Positions 1-8,600 of a stretch of 64,000 bases of DNA are shown here, one piece after another. The notes beneath the pieces are model-generated. The model searched no databases. It was not told the origin of the DNA and was given only the letters and a program-made list of their open reading frames with translations. This DNA comes from Thermoanaerobaculia bacterium (GTDB lineage: Bacteria > Acidobacteriota > Thermoanaerobaculia > UBA5066). The position numbers were made by a program, and so were the translations under genes. The DNA lies in NCBI GenBank assembly GCA_038245905.1, contig JBBRRY010000005.1, forward strand, positions 32,001 to 96,000, written 5' to 3'. Positions within the stretch are counted from its first letter, which is position 1. Every line of letters begins with the position of its first letter.

Positions 1-24
1 TGTCAAGGCGGACATGCGCCTATG

Positions 25-609
25 TCACCTCGAAGTCGTCGTCCCCATGCCCGAAGTCGCCGGGCTCCCGGAGACGGATTGGGGCCTCCCGATCGCACCG
101 GGCTTCGGACCGACTGGACCTGGACCCTTCTGCTCCGGGTACTTCAGCTCGATCGAGGCGAAGTTGAGCGTCAGACTCTCCGTCTGCACGGCGGCACCGC
201 GTCCGCCTCCAGCCATGTTGAACGACGAGACCATCACGTTCTTCAGCTCGTACTTCAGATAAGCCGGGGACCCGGAGCCTGTCTTCCGCATCTCGATCAC
301 GACCGAGGGAAAGTGCTTTCCGGTTGCCTTCTGGAGAAGAGGCGACGCCTTATCGACGGTTTTCGTAAAGGTAAAGGTTCCGGGCCCGCTCTTCGCCAGA
401 CCGGCTGGAGCAGCGCCTGCCGGCGGCGCGGGAGCTGGTGAGGAAAAGTTGTAGGACTGCAACTCGATCCAGCCCTGGTGCTGGGGGTCCATGCTCTCCC
501 CCTTGATGCTGTCGAACCACATGAAGGCGTCGACGGCCGCGTGCGCGACGGGCGCGGACATCAGCCCGGCGGCCAGGAGGCAGAGGGCGAAGACAAACGA
601 GCGTTTCAT
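25..609 (-). CDS. hcp: Hcp-family (T6SS tube-fold) protein with N-terminal Sec signal peptide
   Basis: Signal peptide MKRSFVFALCLLAAGLMSAPVAHA, then Hcp motifs AVDAFMWFDSIKGES..H.GWIEL.SY, DKASPLL, YLKYELKNVMVSS, TESLTLNFASIELKY; SD GGGAGG upstream. Confidence 0.85.
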   Translation of the reverse strand: MKRSFVFALCLLAAGLMSAPVAHAAVDAFMWFDSIKGESMDPQHQGWIELQSYNFSSPAPAPPAGAAPAGLAKSGPGTFTFTKTVDKASPLLQKATGKHFPSVVIEMRKTGSGSPAYLKYELKNVMVSSFNMAGGGRGAAVQTESLTLNFASIELKYPEQKGPGPVGPKPGAIGRPQSVSGSPATSGMGTTTSR

Positions 610-633
610 AGGATCCTCCCAATTCGTACGGAG

Positions 634-772
634 AATCTAGGCCGAAGTCGGACCGCCGCAAGGCAAATCTCTGGCCCCGGCACGAAAGCCCGTGGTCCCT
701 GCGCGCCATGGGGCCGTTTGACCCTCTCCGGACCGGCCCCCGATAATCGCCGTCCGCGCCGCGTTCCCGCGG
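634..772. repeat. Copy 1 of duplicated hcp promoter plus pdhA-promoter block (partner 1824-2012)
   Basis: Blocks AATCTAGGCCGAAGT, CTGGCCCCGG, GTGGTCCCTGCGCGCC, CGTTTGACCCTC and CCCCGATAATCGC occur in the same order in both copies. Confidence 0.9.
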
Positions 773-839
773 GGAACACGGCCATCACCCCGACGAGAGT
801 CGTGAGGGCGAGAAGTCGGCGAGAAGCGTTCTTGTCCAC
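773..839 (-). pseudogene. Probable 5' remnant of a secreted-protein gene cut at the duplication junction
   Basis: GGAGG SD and GTG right after the hcp2 stop; MDKNASRRLLALTTLVGVMAVFPAG looks like a signal peptide, then the frame runs into duplicated promoter DNA. Confidence 0.5.
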
Positions 840-848
840 GAGTCCTCC

Positions 849-1766
849 CTATTTCCGAAACGCCGGCGCTACTACCATCGTCGACTTCGCGGCGACGCTC
901 GTCGTCGCGTGGCCCATACAGGCGTGGTCTGAGGACTTCGGCGGCGTCTTCTGCATCGCCCACGGGTCCGCGAGACCGTATGCCTTGACCGTGAACGTGC
1001 CGCCTTTCATGTACGCGTGCATCGGCGCGGGCTGGGATTTCCCGCTCACGATCGGGTACTCGACAACCGGCGAACCGTCGCCGAAATCGATTCGCGAACG
1101 CTGGCAATCCCCCGTCGCTTCGACCGTGAACGTGACGCTCGCGCCGACGGACAAGGACGCGACGCTCGACGTGACCTTCGTGACCGTCGGCGGAGCCTTC
1201 ACGGCGCCGAAAGCCACTGCGGGCGCTCCCGCGCCGGTTGGGGCGGAGTATCCATCGCCCTTCGTGTGTCCAACGTCCCACCTTCCGGGCTTCGGCGTCC
1301 CTTGCGGGGACACTGGCTCCGGGTAGTGGGTCTCGATCGAGGAGAAGTTCAGCGAGAACGACTCGGTGCCGCCGCCACCACCCACCTGGTACGACGAGAC
1401 CATCACGTTCTTTAGCTCGTACCGAAGGCTGCCGCCGGCCGTCGAGCCCTGGACCTCGAGCGTCGCCGAGGGAAATAGAGTTCCGTTCGCGGCGGCTTTC
1501 TGCAGGGCGGGCGAGGCCTTATCGCCCTTCTTCGAGAGCCTGAGGCTGCTCGGGCCGGCGGTTGCCACGCCCGTGCGGCCAGGAACGGAGGGCGGCGCCG
1601 ATTGCCAGCTGAAAGACTCGACTTCGATCCAGCCCTGGTGCGGGGCGACGGTCACCTCGCCGGCCACGCCATCGATCTTCATGTAGATGGGGCCGCCGAG
1701 CGCCGGTGCCGCGAGCCCGAGGGCGGCAGCGAGGACGACTGCGGACAGGGCGATGGATCGCTTCAT
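849..1766 (-). CDS. hcp: Hcp-family protein with Sec signal peptide and C-terminal PKD/Ig-like domain
   Basis: Signal MKRSIALSAVVLAAALGLAAPALG; IYMKIDGVAGE, HQGWIEVESFSW, DKASPALQK, YELKNVMVSSYQ, TESFSLNFSSIE, WDV; C-terminal SVTFTV..IDFGDGS..HAY..GTFTVK (PKD-like). Confidence 0.85.
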   Translation of the reverse strand: MKRSIALSAVVLAAALGLAAPALGGPIYMKIDGVAGEVTVAPHQGWIEVESFSWQSAPPSVPGRTGVATAGPSSLRLSKKGDKASPALQKAAANGTLFPSATLEVQGSTAGGSLRYELKNVMVSSYQVGGGGGTESFSLNFSSIETHYPEPVSPQGTPKPGRWDVGHTKGDGYSAPTGAGAPAVAFGAVKAPPTVTKVTSSVASLSVGASVTFTVEATGDCQRSRIDFGDGSPVVEYPIVSGKSQPAPMHAYMKGGTFTVKAYGLADPWAMQKTPPKSSDHACMGHATTSVAAKSTMVVAPAFRK

Positions 1767-1823
1767 GGGGCCTCCTTGCCTTCCTCCGCCGCTTCGGATG
1801 CTCCGGCGTCGGTGTCGAGAATC

Positions 1824-2012
1824 AATCTAGGCCGAAGTGCGCTTTTCGCAACTCGAATCGCTGGCCCCGGAGCGAAAACGGGTGGTCCCTGCGCGCCGCC
1901 CGGGACGTTTCGTGACCTCGAACACTGCAGGAGTAGCGTTCGCGAAGTAATGCCGCGTTTGACCCTCCCTGAAGCGGCCCCGATAATCGCGGTCCGCGTC
2001 GCGCACCCGCGG
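1824..2012. promoter_or_regulatory. Divergent promoter region: hcp2 promoter (minus; TTGCGA-N16-TAGATT plus 21-bp-period direct repeats) and pdhA sigma70 promoter (plus; TTGACC 1959-1964, N17, GATAAT 1982-1987)
   Basis: Consensus-like hexamers with plausible spacing, conserved in the copy at 634-772. Confidence 0.65.
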
Positions 2013-2024
2013 CGTACCCACGAC

Positions 2025-3041
2025 ATGACGACGTCCCTCTCCCACGAACGCCAGAAGGACCTTTACCGGACAATGCTGCTGAACCGGCTGCTCGAGGAGC
2101 GTCTGGTCAACCTCTATCGCCAGGGCAAGGTCGTGGGGGGGCTCTACCGCTCGCTCGGGCAGGAGGCGACGTCGGTCGCGACCGCCTTCGCGCTCGACGA
2201 GGGCGACATCCTGGCGCCTCTCATTCGAAACCTCGGCTCCGTTCTGGCCCGGGGAATCCCGGCGCGCGACATCCTCACGCAGTACATGGCGCGCGCGACC
2301 GCGCCCTCTGGCGGCAAGGACGCGAACCTCCATTTTTCGGTCCCGGGTAGAGGCGTCTATTCGCCGATCGCGATGCTCGGCACGCTCGTGCCCGTCGTTT
2401 CCGGAATGCTCCTCGCCGACCGCATGCAGGGAAAAAGCACCGTGGGCATCACGTATCTCGGGGACGGGGGCACGTCCGTCGGCGCCTTCCACGAAGGCAT
2501 CAACTTCGCCGCCGTTCAGAAGCTTCCGCTCGTCCTCGTCGTCGAGTCCAACGGATGGGCGTATTCGACGCCCACCGAACAGCAGTGCGTCGCGCGGACG
2601 CTCGCAGACAAGGCCGTCGGCTACGGGATTCCCGGCGTGGTCGTGGACGGCAACGACGCGCTGATGGTGTACGAGGTCGCCCGGGCAGCCGTCGACCGCG
2701 CGCGCGCCGGCGGCGGGCCGACGCTCCTGGAGTGCAAGACCTACCGCATGAAGGGACACGCCGAGCACGACGCGCAAGCGTACGTCGATCCTAAAGAGCT
2801 TGCCGCGTGGCGGACCCGCGACCCGCTCGCTCTCCTCGAATCCGCGCTCGAGACGTCGGGAGCGATGCCGGCCGCGGTGCGCCGCCAAGTTCACGATGAC
2901 GTCGAGAGTCAGCTCCACGCGGACGTCGCGTTCGCCGAAGCCTCGCCCTTCCCGGATCCTTCCCTCGCGTTTCGCGGCGTCTACGCCGACGAGGGCATTC
3001 TCGAACGCGGGCGCGCCGGCGTGTTCACGGGGGGCTCCTGA
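2025..3041 (+). CDS. pdhA: 2-oxoacid (pyruvate/branched-chain) dehydrogenase E1 alpha subunit
   Basis: GQEA, TPP motif GDGG..N.WAYSTP, VDGND, TYRMKGHAEHD; start taken as ATG 2025. Confidence 0.9.
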   Translation: MTTSLSHERQKDLYRTMLLNRLLEERLVNLYRQGKVVGGLYRSLGQEATSVATAFALDEGDILAPLIRNLGSVLARGIPARDILTQYMARATAPSGGKDANLHFSVPGRGVYSPIAMLGTLVPVVSGMLLADRMQGKSTVGITYLGDGGTSVGAFHEGINFAAVQKLPLVLVVESNGWAYSTPTEQQCVARTLADKAVGYGIPGVVVDGNDALMVYEVARAAVDRARAGGGPTLLECKTYRMKGHAEHDAQAYVDPKELAAWRTRDPLALLESALETSGAMPAAVRRQVHDDVESQLHADVAFAEASPFPDPSLAFRGVYADEGILERGRAGVFTGGS

Positions 3042-4078
3042 TGGCAGACCCTCGCGTCGCGCGAGGCGGGGCGACCCTCACGCTCGCGACCGGCGGCGCT
3101 GCAGGCGTCGAAATCTTCTACCTCGAGGCGATCCGCCAGGCCCTCTTCGAGGAGATGGAACGCGATGAGCGCGTCTTCGTCCTCGGGCAGGACGTGGGTG
3201 TTTACGGCGGCGCCTTCAAGGTGACGGAAGGGCTGCAGGCCCGGTTCGGGAAAGAACGCGTCCTCGACACGCCGCTCGCCGAAGAGGCGATCGTGGGCGG
3301 CGCCATCGGCGCGGCGATGCGCGGCATGCGTCCCGTCGCCGAGATGCAATTCATCGACTTCATCTCGCGCGCCTTCGACCTCCTCACGAACTTCGCCGCC
3401 AAGAACCGCTACCGGACGGGAGTCGGGGTGCCCATGGTCGTGCGCGGGCCCTGCGGTGGAGGGGTCCACGGGGGGCCGTACCACTCCCAGAGCCCCGAGA
3501 TGTATTTCGTGAAGACACCGGGCCTCAAGGTCGTGGCTCCAGCGACCGCATACGACGCGAAGGGTCTCCTGAAGGCCGCGATCCGCGACGACGACCCCGT
3601 TCTCTTCCTGGAGCACAAATTCCTCTACCGAAGGGTGAAGGACCGCGTGCCGGAAGAGGACTACATCGTCCCGATCGGAAAGGCCGCGATCCGGCGGCCC
3701 GGGGCGGACTTCACGATCGTGACCTATGGCGCGATGGTCTGGACCGCCCTCGAGGCGGCCGAAATTCTCGCGAAGGACGGCGTCTCGGCCGAAGTCCTCG
3801 ATCTCCGCACCCTCCTTCCGCTCGACGAGGAGGCAATCCTCGCGTCCGTCAGGCGCACCGGCAAGTGCCTCGTCCTTCACGAGGACACGCGCACGGGCGG
3901 GCTTGGCGGCGAGATCGCCGCAACTTTGTCCGAGAAGGCCTTCGAGTGGCTGGACGGCCCAATTCTCCGCGTGACGGCGCCGGACACGCCCGTGCCGTAC
4001 TCTCCTCCCCTGGAAGAGGCGTTCCTCCCGAACGTGAACACCTTGCTTGCCGCCGCGCGTAAGCTCGTGCGCTACTAG
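3041..4078 (+). CDS. pdhB: 2-oxoacid dehydrogenase E1 beta subunit
   Basis: GQDVGVYGGAFKVT, DTPLAE, EMQFIDF, HSQSPE, DLRTLLPLD. Confidence 0.92.
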   Translation: MADPRVARGGATLTLATGGAAGVEIFYLEAIRQALFEEMERDERVFVLGQDVGVYGGAFKVTEGLQARFGKERVLDTPLAEEAIVGGAIGAAMRGMRPVAEMQFIDFISRAFDLLTNFAAKNRYRTGVGVPMVVRGPCGGGVHGGPYHSQSPEMYFVKTPGLKVVAPATAYDAKGLLKAAIRDDDPVLFLEHKFLYRRVKDRVPEEDYIVPIGKAAIRRPGADFTIVTYGAMVWTALEAAEILAKDGVSAEVLDLRTLLPLDEEAILASVRRTGKCLVLHEDTRTGGLGGEIAATLSEKAFEWLDGPILRVTAPDTPVPYSPPLEEAFLPNVNTLLAAARKLVRY

Positions 4079-4097
4079 CCGACCGGAGAACAAGACC

Positions 4098-5678
4098 ATG
4101 CCGACCAACGTCATCATGCCGCAGATGGGCGAGTCGATCGCCGAGGGAACACTCACAAAGTGGCTCAAGAAGCCCGGAGACGCCGTCAAGCGCGACGAGC
4201 CGCTCTTCGAAATTTCGACCGACAAGGTCGACGCGGAGATCCCCTCCCCGGGTGCCGGCACCCTCCTCGAGATCCTCGTCCCCGAGGGCCAGACCGTCCC
4301 GATCAACACGGTCGTCGCGCGCCTTGCCGAGGCGGGGGAAGCGGCGGCCCCGGCTCCCGCCGCCGCCGCGGCGGCTCCGCCGCCGTCAACGAAGGAAAAA
4401 GAAGATTCTGCGAATGAAATAGAGAGCTCGACTCCCGCGGGAATGGCGGCGCAGGCTTCAGCGGCTCCCCGCCCGGCGGCTGCGCCGCAGGAAGATTCTT
4501 CGAAGGGTGTGCCGGCTGCTGCCCCCGCGGCACCGCCCGCGCAGGCCGCGTCGCCCGCGCCCGCGCCTTCTCAGCAGTCTTCTGTTCCCTCTTCTCCCAA
4601 GCCCCCTTCTTCCTCCGCTCCGCCGCAACCGGGCGAGTCGCAGGAAGACCTCGTGAAACGCCGCTCGTCTCCCGTCGTCCGCGCGATCGCCGAGGAGAAG
4701 GGCGTCGACATTTCGCAGATCCCCGGCACGGGCATTTCCGGCCGCGTGACGAAGGCCGACATCGAGGGCTTTCTCTCCAGCGCGCCGGCTACCGGCACAC
4801 CGGCCGCGGCGCCGGCCCCGCAGGCCGCTCCTCCTGCCTTCGCGTCTTCAGAGAAGTCTCCCTCTTCCTCCCCCACCCCCTCGGTCCTCGCCGCGCGCCC
4901 CGCCGAGGCCCCCGTCCCGGCGCGCGCCCCCGCGCCCTCGCCAACGGCGCTCGCGTTCCCGTCCGGAAGCAGCATCACGATCGAGCCGATGAGCGCGATG
5001 CGCAAGAAGATCGCGCAGCGCATGGTCGAGTCGAAGCAGACGTCGGCCCACGTCACGACCGTCTTCGAGATCGACTACTCCGGGATCGCGAAATTGCGGA
5101 ATCGCGTCAAGGCGCGCTTCGAGCAGCAGTACGGCACGAAGCTGTCCTATCTGCCGTTCATCCTTCAGGCGACGGTCGCGGCGCTCAAGGCGCGGCCCCT
5201 CGTGAACGCCTCGATCGTGGGCGACGACATCGTGCACCACCGCGAGGTGAACCTCGGCATTGCCGTCGCGCTCGACTGGGGCCTCATCGTGCCGGTCATC
5301 CGGCGCGCCGACGACCTCTCGCTCGTGGGCCTCGCGCGGGCCGCGAACGACCTCGCGGCACGGGCGCGCGCCAAGAAGCTCGTGCCGGACGAAGTGGCGG
5401 GCGGCACGTTCACCGTGACGAACCACGGTTCCTTCGGCTCGCTCTTCGCGACTCCCGTCATCAATCAGCCGCAGGTCGCGATCATGGGCATCGGGGCGAT
5501 CGAGAAGCGGGCGAAGGTCGTCGAGATGCCGGACGGCTCCGACTCCCTCGCGATCAAGACGATGGGCTACATCGCCCTCACGTTCGACCACCGGATCGTG
5601 GACGGCGCCGAGGGCGACACGTTCGTGAACGTCGTGAAGAAGGCGCTCGAAAACGGGTCGTGGCCCGAGCTGGAGTAA
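4098..5678 (+). CDS. Dihydrolipoamide acyltransferase E2
   Basis: Lipoyl domain EISTDKVDAEIPSP, E3-binding SPVVRAIA..GTGISGRVTKAD, catalytic DHRIVDG; long Ala/Pro/Ser linkers. Confidence 0.92.
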   Translation: MPTNVIMPQMGESIAEGTLTKWLKKPGDAVKRDEPLFEISTDKVDAEIPSPGAGTLLEILVPEGQTVPINTVVARLAEAGEAAAPAPAAAAAAPPPSTKEKEDSANEIESSTPAGMAAQASAAPRPAAAPQEDSSKGVPAAAPAAPPAQAASPAPAPSQQSSVPSSPKPPSSSAPPQPGESQEDLVKRRSSPVVRAIAEEKGVDISQIPGTGISGRVTKADIEGFLSSAPATGTPAAAPAPQAAPPAFASSEKSPSSSPTPSVLAARPAEAPVPARAPAPSPTALAFPSGSSITIEPMSAMRKKIAQRMVESKQTSAHVTTVFEIDYSGIAKLRNRVKARFEQQYGTKLSYLPFILQATVAALKARPLVNASIVGDDIVHHREVNLGIAVALDWGLIVPVIRRADDLSLVGLARAANDLAARARAKKLVPDEVAGGTFTVTNHGSFGSLFATPVINQPQVAIMGIGAIEKRAKVVEMPDGSDSLAIKTMGYIALTFDHRIVDGAEGDTFVNVVKKALENGSWPELE

Positions 5679-5685
5679 GCGACCG

Positions 5686-8600
5686 TCAGCGCCTCACCCA
5701 AACGGGCGACGACCACGCCTGCTCGCCGTCGGCCTGGGTGACGCGCACGTACCAGCTCGTCTCCCCCGACGCGTCCGGGGAATCCTGCACGGCGAAGGAA
5801 ACGCGCCGCGTATCCGCCGCGGGGAGCCACGTGACCCCCTGCGGGTCTTTCGGGTCGTAGAGGACGTACGCGCCATCCGGTGCGCCCGGCGTCTGGCGCA
5901 TCCGGACCGCCGCAAATGTGTCCCGGAGGTTCCGGACGATCTCGACGCGGTCGATCGCGGCGGTGCCCTCCACGCGGACCGCGAACGTGAGCGGCCCGTT
6001 CGATTTCAGAATCGAGCCCATCGGAGCGCCGTCCGCCGTGAACTCGAGGACGATCCGCGCGCCCGTCGTCGCGTAGTTCCGGCGGTTCCGGATCGCCTCG
6101 AAGATCGAGGCGCGGTCGAGCGTCTCGGCGAGGACGGCCGTGAGGCCGCCCTCCCCCGGCGAGAGATGATGCGTGTCGCTCGCCCCCATGGCGCCAACGT
6201 GGCGGCCGAGGCGAAGGGCGTCCTGGTACTGGTGGCCCGGCACCTGCCGCCGGCCCTCGCGCGGGTTGCCGTAGAACTCGTACCGCCCGTGCCATGAGGC
6301 GATCTCGAAGTTCGGCTCGAGGGCCTCGTCGTGCGGCGCGGCCGGGTTCCACCTGCCCCAGAGGGCGTGCCCCGTGTGGTGCGGTGACATCACGGCGTCG
6401 TGCTCTTTCGCGTGGCGGTAGAGCTTCTCGATCGTGTCGCTGTCCGGATCCGACGAGCGCAGCGTGCGGTCCGGCCCGTCGTCCTTGTAGAGAAGGACGC
6501 GGTGGCCGAACGCGGACCCCGCCGTCCACTCCCATCCCGAGAGGCTGACGAAGCGGCCGGGCGCGTCGAAGGCGGCCGCCGTCGCGCGGAGCTCGGCAAA
6601 CTCCGACGGCTGGAGGAGTCCCATCTCGGAGTGGTCGCTCACGACCGCGAAGTCGAGACCGAGGCGATCGCGTGAGAGCCAGAGAAGCTGATCGGGGAGA
6701 CCGGTCTTCGCGTCGGAAAGCACGCTATGGCTGTGCGGGTCGCCGAAGTAGACGTGCCAGCGGCCGCCTCCCGCCGTCGCCGTCCGCGGCTCCGGCCCCG
6801 CGGTGCGCGGCTCGAGGTCGGGCAGCGCGTCGAAGTGGTCGGGCGGCGCCGCCGCGATCTCCCCCGGCGTCCAGCCGTCTCGGGAGGCCGTGAGCCGCCC
6901 GAGGAAGACGACGTTGCGGCTCGAGTGCGTGTTGTAGGCGTCGACGTCGCCGCCCTCCACCTTTTCGCCCGGCTTCGGCAGCGCTTGCCCCTCCCACGCA
7001 AGCGCGAGGGACCCGTCGGGCGCAAGAGCCGCCGCGGGAAACTCGTCGCGGCCGGGCGAGAACGTCGTGAGGTGCAGCTCCGGCGACCAGCGTTGTCCGT
7101 CGTGGACGCGCGCCCAGAGGTCGAAATTGTGCGCGCCCGTCGCGTCCGTCCTCCAGACGATCCACGCGCGCCCCGCACCGTCGAGAAAGACGGATGGATA
7201 GTTCTGCGTCTGCTTCCAGTGCCAGTAGGGCTCCTCCGTGTCACGGACCGACTTGTCCACCATGCCGAAGCTGACCTGGCCCGGCAAGGCGGAGGGCGCG
7301 ACGCCGACCGGCGCCGCGAACACGCCGTCCTTGTACGTGCGGACGAAGGCGTCCCCGGAGTGCCGGTCGGCGCGGAAGAGGTCCGCCGAGTGGCCGCGCA
7401 TCGAGTTCCACGCAATCCAGAGCGTCCCGTCCTTCGCGCAGGCGAGGGATGGCGAGTCGTCGATCGCGGCGTCCGACGTCACCGGGACGGGCGCCTCGAG
7501 ACGGGGCGCCGCGCCTCCAGAAAGGCGCGCCCGCGCGACAAAGACGTCAAGGTTGCCGGTCCGCGTCGAGTCCCACGCGAGCCACATGCCGCCGTCCGGC
7601 GGAGCCGCGAGGGCAGGCCGCCGGTCAGTCCCGTCGCTCGCGATCCGCATGGGTGCGCTCCAGCCCGAGTCGCGCGCCGCGACGAGCGAGATCCCGAAGC
7701 CACCCCTCTTGAGGAACTCCCACGCGACCCAAAGTCGGCCTGTCGCATCCAGAGCCACTGAGGGATGCAAAGCGTCTTCCCCCTTCAAAGAAATCCTGTT
7801 CTCCGGCCCCCACCCGTCGCCGCCCCGCGCGCGCGAATAGACCGCCCAGCCGCCCTTTCTCTTGCCGTGCCAGAAGACCCGGATGCGTTTCTTCCCGTCG
7901 AGGACGAGCTTCGCGCCGGACTCCAGGCCCTCGCCGGCGTCGAGACGCTCCTCCTCCGCCCACGCGCTCCCTTTCCGACGGCGGACGACGACGCGGTCGT
8001 TTCCGCCGTCCGTAGACGTGTACGCGCACCAGAGGTCGCCCGCGGCGTCGAACGCGATGGACGGGTACTTGTCGAAACGCCCGGGCTTCGAGAGGGTCGC
8101 GACGCCGTCGAGAGCCGAGGGCGCCGTGGGTATTGGGACGAAGCGCCCGCCCGCTGGTGGCTCGACTCGTCCCGCTTCTCGCAGGAATTCCGCCACGACG
8201 TCCGAGAGGAGGACGCCACCGTCCGCGACCCCTGCCGCTTTCAGGAACGTCTGGTAGAGGTCGCCCCCCTGCGCGATGAAGCTGTTCGTCGCGACGCGGT
8301 AGGTTCGCGCGTCGTCGAGCGGCCGGCCGCCGATCCCCACCGAAAGAAGGCGCGCTCCCGGCGGATGCCCGAGGTCGTACGTGCCGGCCAGGCCCGAAAC
8401 CTGGATGAGACCCCGCTCGAGCGTAAGGCCCTGCTCGAGAAACTCGCGGATCTGCTTTCCCGTCAGCTCGAGGGTCACGAGGGAGTTCACGAACGGGAGC
8501 GCGTCGATCACGTTCGCGCGCGTGACGGGACCGGCGGGAAGGTCGGCCCGGAGCCCGCCCGCGTTCTCGAACGCGACCTCGGCACCCGATTTCAGGCGCA

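Noticed and set aside
663-676. Sigma54 promoter GG-N10-GC
   Set aside because: Present in copy 1 only; copy 2 has GA at the -12 position
634-707. c-di-GMP-I or other riboswitch upstream of both hcp genes
   Set aside because: No GCAAA/GAAA/GACGCAAAG core and no covarying stems between the copies; the conserved blocks fit promoter and operator spacing better
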